This document shows, piece after piece, positions 1 through 12,678 of a stretch of DNA of 64,000 bases. How positions within the stretch are numbered: the stretch's first letter is position 1; each line of letters opens with the position of its first letter. Made by a program: the position numbers and the translations under genes. The stretch is from Eledone cirrhosa. Lineage: Eukaryota. A model generated the notes under the pieces. It saw nothing but the letters and a program-made list of their open reading frames with translations. It made no database searches and had not been told where the DNA came from. The stretch covers positions 41,788,001 to 41,852,000 of the forward strand of contig OZ024741.1 of assembly GCA_964016885.1 (NCBI GenBank), given 5' to 3'.

Positions 1-254
1 TGGTTAGTATAGCAATGTTAAGACAAACAAACAAAAAATGACATAATAATTATATATAAATCATTATTTTTATTTTAATATTTCATTACATTTTCTCTAA
101 ACAAAATATTTTGAAAATGTCTATCTACTGACAGATTTATTAATTAAATTCAATGTTTCAATTAAGAAAAAAAACATGGCTTTCCATTATTTATGATTTT
201 TTTATCTTATTTAATATATATATCGTTTCTGAATTTGTTTAGCAAGATTCTTTA

Positions 255-285
<31 letters not shown>

Positions 286-777
286 TTTTTCAAAGTATAA
301 ATAATTTATCAGCCTCAAGAGATTTTGCTTGGTCACCATTCTCTTATTGTCTTGACTGATATTGTTTGTGTAATTCAATTAAATAATCTCGAGAATACGT
401 CATGTTTATCTAGTTTGTTACTATCGCTTTTGGCTGGAGGAAGATCGCAAACAAAAACAAAAAAAAATGAGATATAGAAATTGATAAACCACAAGGTAAC
501 AAATCTATTATTTATCAACAGTATTGGTACTATTGAATAGCTCCAAGTCATTTCTTTTATCTGCTAGTATTTCAGCAAGTTAATCTTTATATGTCTGCAA
601 CTATATATTCTCTATTTACATCATGGAATGGTTATATTAACTATTCAAAAAAAACACAAAAAACTGTTCAATTCACTTTACATTTATCATTTATTTTTTA
701 TTATCAATATTTCTGTTGCATTATTTTGCGAACTAGTTACTGACATCATGAATTAAATCATAAAATTAAAGTGAATT

Positions 778-1218
778 TAGCCCTTTTGAAGCCAACCTAC
801 CCCAAACTGCCTCTGGTTCTATTAACCCTTTAGCATTTACATTACTCTATATTTACTATTGTATTTTCACGGTAAAGGGTTTACCTCACATATCAAATCT
901 ACGAGATTTTGATATTTATTTCGAGAACAATACCTTAACATGAGTAGCTGGTTACAGCCAGTGTGGACAGAAAGAGGTGAGAGAATTCTGGCGAGATACA
1001 GCTTGTTTAAATGCTAAAGGGTTAAATAATATAACCCGTTTTGATAGGTTCCAATTTAAATTAAAATCTTCCAACATAATTTAACATAAGAACCTTTTGT
1101 ATATTACAAACACCATATTAACAATGAAATAATTATTTTAGTTAATTCTCCAAATTCTTCATTAAATCATTCAAATACAGTGCATTTTAATTATAAATCT
1201 GATAATGAAAGGGTTAAC
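778..1218. mobile_element. Older piggyBac-like MITE (family B), interrupted by a family A MITE
   Basis: Begins ttag-ccctttt-gaagccaa and ends tgataatgaaaggg-ttaa. Similar decayed copies lie near 5661-5857, 26087-26460, 33614-34136 and 38760-38996. Confidence 0.55.
822..1025 (-). mobile_element. piggyBac-type MITE, family A
   Basis: TTAA target duplication with terminal inverted repeats ccctttagcattta...taaatgctaaaggg. The CCC/GGG ends with TTAA are piggyBac hallmarks. Confidence 0.85.
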
Positions 1219-1659
1219 AGTTTTTGTGTTATTAGCTAGTTAAATATTCTTCGACAGTGAAATAGCTTTAGTTTCAACACACTGTCTCAGATTAAGTTAC
1301 TTGTCAAACAAGTACAACCCTGATATTTTATGTTTGTTTAAGAGATTTAATCAATTCAGCACAGCCCAGCTCAACTCAGCTTAAATAAATTCATATTAAT
1401 AAGAGTGTAAGAATTCTTGTATTGTATACATTGTATAGCACAGGTATAGAACCTCAGCTCTTTAATCTATCTCATGTGGCTTATAGTTACTCTTGATTTC
1501 AGTTGTGCCATAGACATGACAACCTTCCTAGTGTTGGTGATCTATGGTAATGATAAACACACCCAGTACACTGTAAAATAGTTGATAATAGGAAGGACAT
1601 CCAGCATAGGAAACCTGCCAAACAAAGAATCAGAAGGATTCTTCAGCTATGTCAAAGAT

Positions 1660-1846
1660 ATAACTGTTTCTACTATTGGCACAAGGCCAGAAATTACCCA
1701 GTACATTACTGGTACTTTATTTTATCGACCCCGTAAGGATGAAAGGCAAAGTTAACCTCGGCGGGATTTGAACTCAGAATAGCAAGGGCCGTAACTCTAT
1801 GCATCAAAGCATGGCGTCCGACCCTCTACCGATACTGCCAATCCAC
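1660..1846 (-). mobile_element. tRNA-derived SINE, family 1 (Meta-domain-like centre)
   Basis: The minus strand has an A-box-like tggcagtatcgg and B-box gagttcaaatccc, then gcctttcatccttacggggtcgataaaataaagtaccag. Near-identical to copies at 3176 and 28549. Confidence 0.8.
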
Positions 1847-3175
1847 AACAACTTCCCAAGTGTTGAGGCCATGATAAACTGCACTTGGTAGAATGCAGGT
1901 TTGTCTGTTGGTTCACCTAGGAGCAATCAATAGAGTACAGAAACATATGTCAACAAGATGCATCCCTCTAGCCCACCTGGAGGTCAGTGGTTCTGCCGAG
2001 TACTGACTGGTCAGTTACATGTCCAACCCTTGTTAGGAAGGAAAACAAATGTTAAACAATGATATGATCCAGACATTAAAGCAACTTCAGATAAGACTCA
2101 AAGTATTTTTGGCTTTGAATAAGAAAAGCGTTAGTTAAATTCATCTTTTCTTTGATGTATTTTTGTACATAATATATTATGCAACTCTCATACTCTTAAT
2201 ATTATTGTATATTTTAGCAAAAAAATGGTTCTTAAAATTGAAAAGGCTTCTGAGTTCTGTATTTTTTTATGTGTCTATTAGAGAAGATAGAACAAAGCCC
2301 ATGAACTTTCAGATCTACCAGGCAATAGTATATTTAAGTAGAACAGCTAAACTGGTATATATATATAAATTGATACATATATTGCAATTATTTTAAAACT
2401 ATGTCATACACTTTATGACAGGTTATAAAGCGGACCACAAACACATTTTTCATCTTCGAACTATGCCTAACCTTACCCACATCAAAGTACACTTAAGATC
2501 TATAACTCTAATACTCTTTAAGCCCATTAAAAGAGCTATCAAAGGCCTAAGCAATGTAGGTTGAAGGGGTTGATGGTAAAATAAATCATGATGCACCTGA
2601 ACTAAGATGAAAGACAAACACTACAAATTGATCTGAGCTCAACAACTGGACAACAATAAACCTCACCAGTTAAAACAAGATAAATAAAGAGCACTTTCAT
2701 GTGTGGCTGCAGAGCCTACAAATTTGTGGAGAAATAGAACATGATATTAATATATATAGGGAAAGTCTCTACAGTTATCAAATTTGTTTGATATGTGCCC
2801 TACACCACAGAACTCCTGGCCTTTCAGACATTGGTATAGTTTCACAGCTATAATAAAATATACACCACTATACATCTACTGAGTTGTATTTCTTCTGTTT
2901 GTACAGCCAAACCTGTGTCTGTGTATGAATGTGTCTGTGTTTGTGTATGAGTGTCTGCGTATGTATGTGTGTCTCCGTGCATGTTTGTCTGACTGTCTGT
3001 GTGTGTCTGTTAGTCATGTCAAGGATAAAATTTCTCTAGTGCCACATGAAGATGTCTTATCACCTAATGCTGCAAAGGAAGCAAAAGGAACAAAAAAAGA
3101 CATGATAAAATGCACCCAATACACTCTTTAAAATGGGTGACATGAAGAAAGGCATCCAATCATAGAAATTATAGT

Positions 3176-3363
3176 AATAATTGTTTCTACTTTTGGCACA
3201 AGGCCAGTAATTACCCAGTACATTACTGGTACTTTATTTTATCGACCCCGTAAGGATGAAAGGCAAAGTCAACCTCGGCAGGATTTGAACTCAGATCGTA
3301 AAGGGATATAACTATGCTGGAAAGCATGGCGTCCGACCCGCTACCGATACTGCCAATCCACCA
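3176..3363 (-). mobile_element. tRNA-derived SINE, family 1
   Basis: Aligns end to end with 1660-1846. Confidence 0.8.
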
Positions 3364-3754
3364 ACTGTTTCTAGCATAGACATATGGCCAGAAATTCAAC
3401 CGAGACAGATTGATCAATGAAATAAAACCCAGTACAAACATTGTATTTTTTTTGTAACCCCCTTTCCCCACCCCCACACACACAAGAGGAAAGAACAAAA
3501 TCGACTTTGCTTTCTGAGTTCAAATCCTGCCAAAGAGCTAGAAAGTATACTACAAGGCATTTTGTCTGATGCTCAGATGATTCTGCTAACTCACTGCCAC
3601 AAAGACAAGGAAGATAATAATAATAATAATAATTTCTTTATTGGCTACAGGGACTGAATAATGGGTGCTTAAATATTGTGATATACAGTTTTATGAATAA
3701 ATAGCCAGAATATATGTGTGTGTGTGTGTGTGTGCACATATACACAAATATATA

Positions 3755-3786
<32 letters not shown>

Positions 3787-5097
3787 CACACAGACACACA
3801 CAAACGTGTATAAACACGAAAATATATATATATATATATATATACATACACACATATACACACACAAACATGTATAAACACATACTTATATATATATATA
3901 CACACTTGAGTACACATAAATGTGTGTGTATGTGTAGACAAACTACCTGGAATTAATAGGTTTTCCTATATAGATCTAGCTACTTATAGTAACTGCAAAG
4001 AGCTGTGGCTTGCATATATATATATAATATAATATATAGATATATAGATAGATAGATAGAGAGCGAGCGAAAGGGGAAAAATAACATCAACCGACATAGA
4101 TAGTAGTATTATGTGATTGTTTAATTCAAGCAGCCTTAAGGTTTCTTTTAACAGCAAGTTTGAAGTGTCTTCAGAGCTAAATATCTTTCCTGAAGCCAAT
4201 CATTACAAACAAAAGTGTTTTTCTGTTTCAATATACATAATAAACCTCCTTTTATTGGAAATATTTTCTGATAAAATAAGACAGGCTATGTGTGTGGAGA
4301 AGGGGTGCGTGCGTGTGTGTGTGTGTCTGTGTAATCTCTTATTAGTTTAACTGTTTGTTGTTGTTTTTTTTGTTTGTTCCTGTATTGTGTTTTTCATGCA
4401 TGCACAAGATCTTTTTCAATCTTAGGTAATAATGTGCATTCTCCAAGCTTTAAAAATTATCAATTCTTGTAAAGTAAATATATGAAATTAGTTGGCATTA
4501 ACACTAACACAGCGTGAGTGAGAATAAAACAATATACAACATCATCATTTAATATCTATTTTCCCTGCTCGCAAGATTGAACGGGTTTTCACAGACTGAG
4601 TCAGTACTGACATGGAGCCAGTGATTCCTCAGTTAGGAAAGTGGGGAGGACTATGATTGTTACATGTAATAAACATTTAGTCATGCTGTATTTAAAATTC
4701 TGCTTTATTTTTTGGGGGGGTGGGGACTTCAACATAAACATTTCTTCTCAATACATGTGTTTCCTCACAAAGTTGGCTTAAAAACCATTGATAATTACAT
4801 GAATATGAACAAGAAAGATAAAAACAAAATTAAGTAACGAAAGGAAGGGCAGATCTGGCTCTATGGGAAAGTAGAGGAAAGGACTATAAATGCCATAAAA
4901 CTGATCATGTGATAGTTACATCAGTACCAATAGAAAAGTGGTGTATAAATGTATTTCACTCTCTTTAAAGTTTGTCAGCAGTTGTTTACTTATCCCAAGA
5001 TACCAAGGTATGAAATGAAATATTGTCTCATAGGTTGGTAAAAAACTATTCTTAATGAACGTTTATTAACATATAGAGCAATCTTGACCAAGTAGTA

Positions 5098-5375
5098 TTA
5101 ACCTCTTCAGTGCCATAGACAAGATAACTCATCCTAACATGTTTGAGCTATTTTCCAACAGTTCATAACTTCAAAGTTATGAACTCGTTTCCAACAGTTC
5201 AAAACTTCAAAGCTAGATGGGGTTACCAGTTTATTGATGTGACATTTGTCAATCATTCAGATATGTGTTGTTAATAAATATTTGTTTAAAAAAAGGCATT
5301 TTACATAAAAAAAAATTTTTCAAATGGCACACCAACTGTAGCTGTGTAAAATATACATGGCAGTCAACAGGTTAA
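5098..5375. mobile_element. TTAA-flanked MITE with imperfect TIRs
   Basis: ttaa-cctcttcagtgcca ... tggcagtcaacagg-ttaa, with an internal short duplication of ttccaacagttca-aacttcaaag. Confidence 0.5.
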
Positions 5376-6477
5376 TTAGCAATAGCACCAACACAGATTT
5401 TACCAAGAATAACTTGTATAGAAAATCTATAAAGCGATACTGTTTTCCATACATCAGCATCAGGATTTAAGCAAGTGCTGATGTGAACTGTAAAAACAAT
5501 GAAATGCATGCATCACTCTTGTCCCAATGCTAAGAGGATTACAGCTTAAAATACTCACAGCAAAACAAAATATGTTTATTATATCTAAATATATTGAATA
5601 TGGGTTCATACATACCTTTATTATAAGCAACTCAACATTTTTTTTAAAAGAAAACTTGTATTTAATCCTTTTGATATAAATTTAACAGAAACTGTCTTTC
5701 ATGCTATGATAAAAAAAAATTGCTTATTTCCAAGTGTATATATTTATCTAAAAACCTTTATTGTGTTCCAAACTAACAATAAGAATGCTAGTTCTATTAC
5801 AAATTCTTGATTATATTCCAGTGTATATCATTAGAAATATTGTAATGAAAGGGTTACACTGCAGTATATAGAACCATCTTTGAAGCTATGATGCAATAAT
5901 ATCTCTACATGAAATATATACAGCGAAGGAATTTATTCTTTACAACTTCTTCACCAAGAAACAGCATCTAGTTACACACACTCTGGCTAACAGAGTTTAG
6001 TGCAGTAGTGTAGTTGGTGTTGGTAGTAGTAATAGTAGTAGTAGTAATGTTAGGTGAAGGAAGGCAACAAAGATTGCATTAATAATATTAAACAGTAGCA
6101 CATCTATCTATATATAATGGCGAAATAGCAGCTATCAAGCAAACAGATGGACAACAGTTATTAAGCTGCCACCATCAACATAATCATCATCATCATCATC
6201 ATCATATTTAAAACTGATGCCAGATGACAGAGAAGTGAGTGAGAAGAGGAATATCTGAGAAGCATGCATAACTGTATATATTATAAAACAGACCCTATTA
6301 TTGGCTATCATGCAAAGAAAACAGTTCTGCCTCGATAGTCAATAACTATAGTCTTATTGAAAACATTGTGATTATAGCTCTGTCCATTCACCAATTCCAG
6401 AACATTTTAAAAGAACCATATGTTCACACATATAATTACAATAGTTTTAACTTAAGAAACCAGTTTATAATAGGAAC

Positions 6478-6641
6478 AAGCATGACTGTGGTTAAGGAGT
6501 TTGTTTTGCAACTACATGGTCTCTGGTTCACTCCCAATGTGGGGCACACTGGGTATATATCTTCTACTAATAATCTCGGGTTGACCAATGTCATGTGACT
6601 GAAATCGAAATCTAGTAGATGGAAATGGCAGAAGGTTGTCA
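6478..6641 (+). mobile_element. tRNA-derived SINE, family 3 (decayed)
   Basis: Head gcatgactgtggttaagg...ggttcactccca and tail tagatggaaa running into (TA)n. Relatives at 11713, 36935, 45547 and 60300. Confidence 0.6.
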
Positions 6642-6661
6642 TATATATATATATATATATA

Positions 6662-7234
6662 TCATCATCATCATCATCGTTTAACGTCCATCTTCCACGC
6701 TTGCATGGGTTTGGACGGGAGTTTTCCCACTTGAGGCAAGAGTGGTTGTCTTGCTCGCATAGGACTGTCTGGCGGGTTTTCTACATTTGGATGCCCTTCC
6801 TAACACCAACCACGTTTACAGTGTGGACTGGGAGGTTTTTACAGTGTTACCTACACGGCCACATTACAGCGTGGACTGTGTGTTTTTTTGCCGTGACACC
6901 TACACGACCTCATTTGTTTCGGACTGGATGTTGTGGTACCAACATAACTTCATATTTAAGGGGGTGGTGTGGATGGGGTTGGGGTAGTGGGACGGGGTGT
7001 ATTATTGTTAGAGGTGCCTACTGACTGTAGTAGGTTTCACTTTATACTTAGGTAAGGCGGGTCTTCTGTATTACTGTGTAGCGCCAAAGATCTCGGTCCT
7101 GTGACATTGTCTTTGAGAGGTGTAAGTGTGTGAGGTCAGAATTTATCAAGTCGTCCCAGGTTTTTCTGGGTCTGCCTACTCCGTGGCTACCGTCTATCTT
7201 TTTAGCCCTGCACTGTTTTATACAGCTGTCGTCT
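6662..7234 (-). mobile_element. 5'-truncated RTE-clade LINE (ORF end, 3' UTR and (GAT)n tail)
   Basis: Encodes DDSCIKQCRAKKIDGSHGVGRPRKTW...KTRLT; 3' UTR matches copies at 30708 and 44040. Confidence 0.9.
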
Positions 7235-7282
7235 GTATAAAAAATATATATGACAACCTTCTGCAATTTCCATCTACCAGAT

Positions 7283-7402
7283 TGAAGGCGTGTGGCTGAA
7301 TGGTAAGAGAATTGGATTCACAATCGTGAGGTTGTAAGTTCGATTCCTGGACCGGGCGATGCATTATGTCCTTGAGCAAGACACTTCATTTCACGTTGTT
7401 CC
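7283..7402 (+). mobile_element. SINE head with CORE-like segment (3' truncated)
   Basis: tggctgaatgg A-box, gttcgattcc B-box, then gtccttgagcaagacacttcatttcac. Confidence 0.65.
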
Positions 7403-7749
7403 TTCTACCTGGAGTTGCAACCGATAGAAAGTAATAGCAATTGGAAAGACCAACCAAAGGATACATAGTTTCCTTGGTCCGATTTGACGAAAGTCGATCG
7501 ACTATATATATATATATATATATATTATGAATAAGGGAGACAGTTTTATATGTACATATTTTTATTATTATATGATTCTGTAATAAAAAGATGTATACAT
7601 AGAACCGTCTCTCTTATTCATAATATTGAAACTCTGGTTGACACCTTACAGAGAAAATCCTAAGGAATACAAATCGTAGAGTGCTTAACGTCTATTTACA
7701 AAAAAAGAGTCTGCAGATTATATAATCCACCAACTTTAATTAATTGAAT

Positions 7750-7784
<35 letters not shown>

Positions 7785-7872
7785 TGCTTAGTACAACACC
7801 AATATACCTACTGGAAACTATGCATCGAGTGCTCAATCTGGTGAACCTACAACATTGGATGTTACAATCCCT

Positions 7873-8209
7873 CATCATCATCATTTCATTTTACGTCCAC
7901 TTTTTCCCTGCTTGCAAGGGTGGGACGGGAACTGATTCGGGCTTGATTTCTACAGCTGGATGCCCTTCCTAACACCAACCTCATTTACAGTGAGTGCTGG
8001 GTGCTTTTTTGCCATGGCACCTCCACGACTACTTTGCAGTGAAATGATATGGACCCCAGTCCCTAGCATCTCATTTCTACAGCTGAGTAAACTGGAGCAA
8101 TGTGAAATAAAGTGTCTTGCTCAAGGAAACAACACATCACCCGGTCTGAGAATTGAACTCACCTTTCGATTGCAAGGCCAATGCTCTAACCACTAAGCCA
8201 TGTTCCTCC
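7873..8209 (-). mobile_element. CORE-like SINE, family 2, with RTE-derived tail
   Basis: tRNA-like head, MIR/CORE-like ccttgagcaagacactttatttcacattgctccagtttactcagctgtagaaatgag, tail shared with the RTE 3' UTR, and apparent TSD atccct (7867-7872 and 8210-8215). Confidence 0.85.
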
Positions 8210-8220
8210 ATCCCTATATA

Positions 8221-9139
8221 TCTATATATATAAAACTGAGGATGTCTCTCTGCGTGTGTGAGTTTGAATCCCTAAAACTCAAGAACCACCCAACCGACTG
8301 CTTTCAAACTTTAGACATGTAATACTTATGTTTCAGGGAGTGTTCTGAGCAAAATGAATTTCAAATTTTCAATGCCCTAGGGACCGCATTAGGCGATTTA
8401 GCAATCTCTCTCTATAATTCATAGTCTTCCTCTTTTTAGATAGATACATACATATAACGTTGCACCCTTATAATATCTGTCTGTATGTCTGGCTCTCTGC
8501 ATTACGTCACTTCCCTGAGGATGTGTGTCTGTGTGTGTGTTTGAATCCCTAAAACTCGAGAAGTACCCAACCGATCTTTTTCAAACTTTACATGTGTATT
8601 ACTTATGTTTCACGGAGTGTTATGCACATAAAAAAAACTTTTTGAAAAAAAAACTTTTTGATCCCCTCAGGCCCCGCATTAGGTGAAAAACTGCGTTTTT
8701 TCAGCTTTTTAGGTTTTTTTTAAGGTGTTACGTCAGACTGATTTCCTTGAAATTGTAACTATGTCAGTCTCTTCTTCATACCGTGAACAAAGAAAATCCA
8801 ACTTTTTTATGGCCTAGGGCCCGCATTAGGTGAAAAACTTCATTTTTTGAGCTTTTTAGGGCTTTTTGGAGGCGTTACGTCTAGCCAATTTTCCCAAAAT
8901 TTCAAGGATTATTATGCACATAAAAAAAAATTTTCTTGATCCCCTAGGGACCGCATTAGGTGAAAACCTGCATTTTTCCTGCTTCATCGAGGAAAATCTT
9001 AAAGATTATCCAGCCATCAGAGTATTCGGTTTATTTTCTTTACATATTGTCCAGGCATGCAGTTTTTCTACGATTAGGTCTGTTGGCAGCCCGCAGCCCA
9101 AAATACCTTATCCCGTGCAACGCCGGGTACTACTGCTAA
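8221..9139 (+). mobile_element. Non-autonomous Helitron
   Basis: Inserted A|T with no TSD. 5' end TCtatatatataaaa; 3' GC hairpin cccgtgcaacgccggg followed 8 nt later by CTAA. Four internal ccgcattagg repeats and a duplicated 5' subterminal block (about 8236 and 8514). Confidence 0.8.
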
Positions 9140-9599
9140 TATATTATATATGTGTGTGTGTGTTGTGTGGGTGTATGTATATATATGTGTGTCTGTGTGT
9201 GTGTATACATTTTCATGTTTGTGTTAACATTTTTAGTCCATATCTCTCACTCTGCTTAAAATTTAGCAGTTAAACAAAGAGATCAATGAAATACGTAATA
9301 GACTTGTGTAAAAAAAAAATGTAATACTGTGATCAATAGGATCGAAGACAATGCCCCAGCATGGCTACAGTCTAATGACTGATGCCAGTAAAACAATATA
9401 TAAAACAAAGCCTATTATTATCAAGTATCATGCATAGAAGACAGTTATGCCACAACAGTCAATAACTAAGCTCATATTGAAAACTTGTGATTTTCAGGTT
9501 TGTCCATTCACCTATTCTAGAATATTTTAAAGAATGAAGAATCTTATGTTTCATAAGAAAGAGACAGTTAGAGAGGCCTGTCCCTCCTGTCCACTTTCC

Positions 9600-10070
9600 T
9601 AACAACTCACTCTTTTTAAGGCCACATCTTAATACAACAGACCCTCTCCCATGGCAGTATGTCCTCCCCCCCCCACTCCTGTCAATACCTCACCAGTGAT
9701 GGTACCACAATAAAAATACACCCAGTCCACTTGGTAAAGTACCATGAAGAAAATCACCCAACCCATACTGTAAGGCAGTAGTGCTGGTGCAATGACAAAA
9801 GCACCCAGTCCACTCAGTAAAATGGTAATGCTGCAGTCATGACAAATATTCATAGTATACACTTTAAAGCAGTTCGTGTTAGGAAGGGCTCCAACAGCAG
9901 AAACTATGCCCGCAGTACATGCTATAAAGTGGTTGCTGTTAGGAAGGGGAATCAAGCCAAAGATAGGACACACGAGCAAGACATAATCACCTGACAAATC
10001 TATCCACAAAACGTAACAACCCGTTTGACCTATGCAAGTATGGAAAATAGGTGTTAAATGATGATGACTG
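9600..10070 (+). mobile_element. Old RTE 3' UTR / RTE-tailed element remnant
   Basis: Degenerate ~47-bp cacccagtccac repeats, ttaggaaggg motifs and a gtgttaaatgatgatga tail. Confidence 0.6.
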
Positions 10071-10111
10071 ATGTTCAAAGTTTTAACTTTAGAAATCATC
10101 TAATATATCTA

Positions 10112-10336
10112 TTAACCCTTTAGCATTTAAACCAGCTGTATCTGGCCAGAATTCTCTCACTTCTTTCTGTTCAAACCAACCATAACTGGCCACTCATACT
10201 GATGTTAACATATTGTTCTCAAAATAAATAATAGAAAAATCTCGTAGATTCGATATTATGTGGGATAATTATGTAAGATAAAGCCTTTACCACAAAAATA
10301 CAATAGTATATATATAAAGTAATATAAATGCTAAAG
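10112..10336 (+). mobile_element. piggyBac-type MITE, family A (right tip damaged)
   Basis: ttaaccctttagcattta left end; body matches other family A copies. Confidence 0.8.
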
Positions 10337-10856
10337 CTTTGAGCTACATCAACAATACAGAAATTTATGATGATCTGATAAGTTTAACTGAACACATAGC
10401 TCAGCAAAGATTGCAATAGGCAGATCACTGTGTGAGGCATATTAAAGAAATAGACTCAAATCTAGTGCTAGGATAGTCAATATATGAATGGATTAAATGC
10501 AGGATGCAAACAACTATCTTTATTAACATACTTCAAAATGACATGAAACTACTGACAGCATCAAAAATACCAACAATAAAAGTGGAGAGAGATGTCTGGC
10601 ATATGTATGTTTCCATGGTTTAATCAGAAGATTGGTTGAGTTGGAACCAGATGATGGCATAAAGAAAACATTAGCTAAGTCTCAATATTAGATTTTGTCA
10701 GCAGTCTAAGACTTACCAATATAGTTTCTATTAACTCTTTGCACCAGTATATTTTTATTATTATTATTGATAGAAAAGACAAAAGACAAAAAAATAAACA
10801 TGTCCATAAAACTGCTTATTCCATAAAAATGATAATTGTCAACAAAAAAAATATAC

Positions 10857-10893
<37 letters not shown>

Positions 10894-11384
10894 ACACAAT
10901 GTGAAGTATAAAGTGACAAATAGTTTATAAAACATAACATTGTAAAATGTGTCACTGCTTTGACAACAGAATCATACAATTGAATAAAGATGCATTTATA
11001 TATATATTTTTTTTTTTACACACACACACACACATATATATATACATACATACATATATATGCATATATGAATATACACATATATATATACACCCACATA
11101 CACCAAAAATAAAATAAAAAGTTTTATTTACATTTGCAAACTGTTAAAGTTAACTTAGTTCTGAACATTCTGGAAACTTTCAACAAATTTAATCTCTTTT
11201 TTTTTTTTTAGCTCTTTTATAAGTTTTGGGGTCCAACTTTCAGGGGTTTAGTCAGTCATATCAAGCCTGATATTTATTTTTTCTGTCTGGTACTTATTTC
11301 ATATCTATTTATTTATGAAATTATTGTTACATGACATATCTAACATCATTAGTTGTTAAATAGTATAGAGGTAATACATGAATA

Positions 11385-11535
11385 GATGGTGAATTGGTAG
11401 AGCTGTTACAACTTTAGATAGAATGCTTTGTGTTATTCATTCCAACTCTCTGAGTTCAAATCCCAACGAGGTCAACTTTGCCTTTTATCCTTTCAAGGTT
11501 GATAAAAAAAAGCACCAGTCTAGTACTGGGTCGAT
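11385..11535 (+). mobile_element. Diverged SINE family 1 relative
   Basis: gagttcaaatccc B-box followed by gaggtcaactttgccttttatcctttcaaggttgataaa. Confidence 0.6.
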
Positions 11536-11712
11536 TCGTCCTCTCACTGAAAGAAATCTGCTGTACTCAGGCCTAGAAAGGGATAGGCTCCGCTAGGCTT
11601 AAAATGCCCAAGAAATGCTATATGACAATGCGGCACCCCTACGACTATCAGGAGTTACAGGACAAGAAAGAAGAAAAAAGAATCCATATACACACACATA
11701 TATACACACATG

Positions 11713-11870
11713 ATGAGTTTCTGCACAGTTTTCATCTACCAAATTTCATTCACAAAGCATTGGTCAATTCAAGGTAGTAGAAGACACTTGTCTTATGTGC
11801 CATGCAGTGCGACTGAACTTGAAACCATGTGGTTGTGAAGCAAACTTCTTAACCACACAGCCATGCTTGC
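11713..11870 (-). mobile_element. tRNA-derived SINE, family 3
   Basis: Minus strand reads gcatggctgtgtggttaagaagtttgcttc...caagtgtcttctac...tttggtagatgaaaactg. Confidence 0.7.
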
Positions 11871-11954
11871 ATCTAACCACACTGCTATGGCTTCACCTTC
11901 AGAAATATTTCACTATGGCTACATACAATGTCAAATGGATTTAACCCTTTTAAC

Positions 11955-12620
11955 AACATGTGTAACATGTACTTAGATTGAATATTGTACTTAGATTGAA
12001 TTAGAATCAATTTATATAGCTTCTTTGAATTTGTCTAGCTTCTTATCAAGGGGTAATCACTTCTAATCCAACATGTACCACATGAATTTGTATAGCTTAT
12101 CAAGGGGGTAATCACTTCTAATCCAACATGTACCACATGAATCTGTGTAGCTTCTTATCAAGGGTTAATCACTTCTAATCCAACATGTACCACATGAATT
12201 TGTGTAGCTTCTTATCAAAAGGTAATCACTTCTAATCTAACATGTACCACATGAATTTGTATAGCTTCTTGTCAAGGGGTAATCACTTCTAAAATAACAT
12301 GTACCACATGGTTTTGAATAGCTTCTTGTCAAGGATTTAATCCTAACAATACACATGTAACATGTACCACAAAAATTTATATAGCCTCTTGTCACGTATG
12401 TAGCATGTGCCACATGAATTTGTACAGCATCTTGTTAAGGATTAAACATGAATTTGAATAGCCTCTTGTCAAGGAGTAATCACTTCTAATAACACACATG
12501 TAACATGTACCACATGAATTTGTACAGCCTCTTGTTAAGGATTTAATCCTAATAACTCATGTGTAACATGTACCACATGAAGTTGTATAACTTCTTGTCA
12601 AGAAGGTAACACTTCCAATA
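11955..12620. repeat. ~60-bp minisatellite, about 10 degenerate copies
   Basis: Unit aacatgtaccacatgaatttgtatagcttcttatcaaggggtaatcacttctaatcc. Confidence 0.9.
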
Positions 12621-12678
12621 ACCATTGTCATAAATGATGGTTCATATTCCATCTTCAAATACCAAAATTCAGTAATTA

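Noticed and set aside
4130-4178. Minus-strand CTGAAGA...GAAA-ccttaagg hammerhead candidate
   Set aside because: No stem II pairing and no U at the cleavage triplet.
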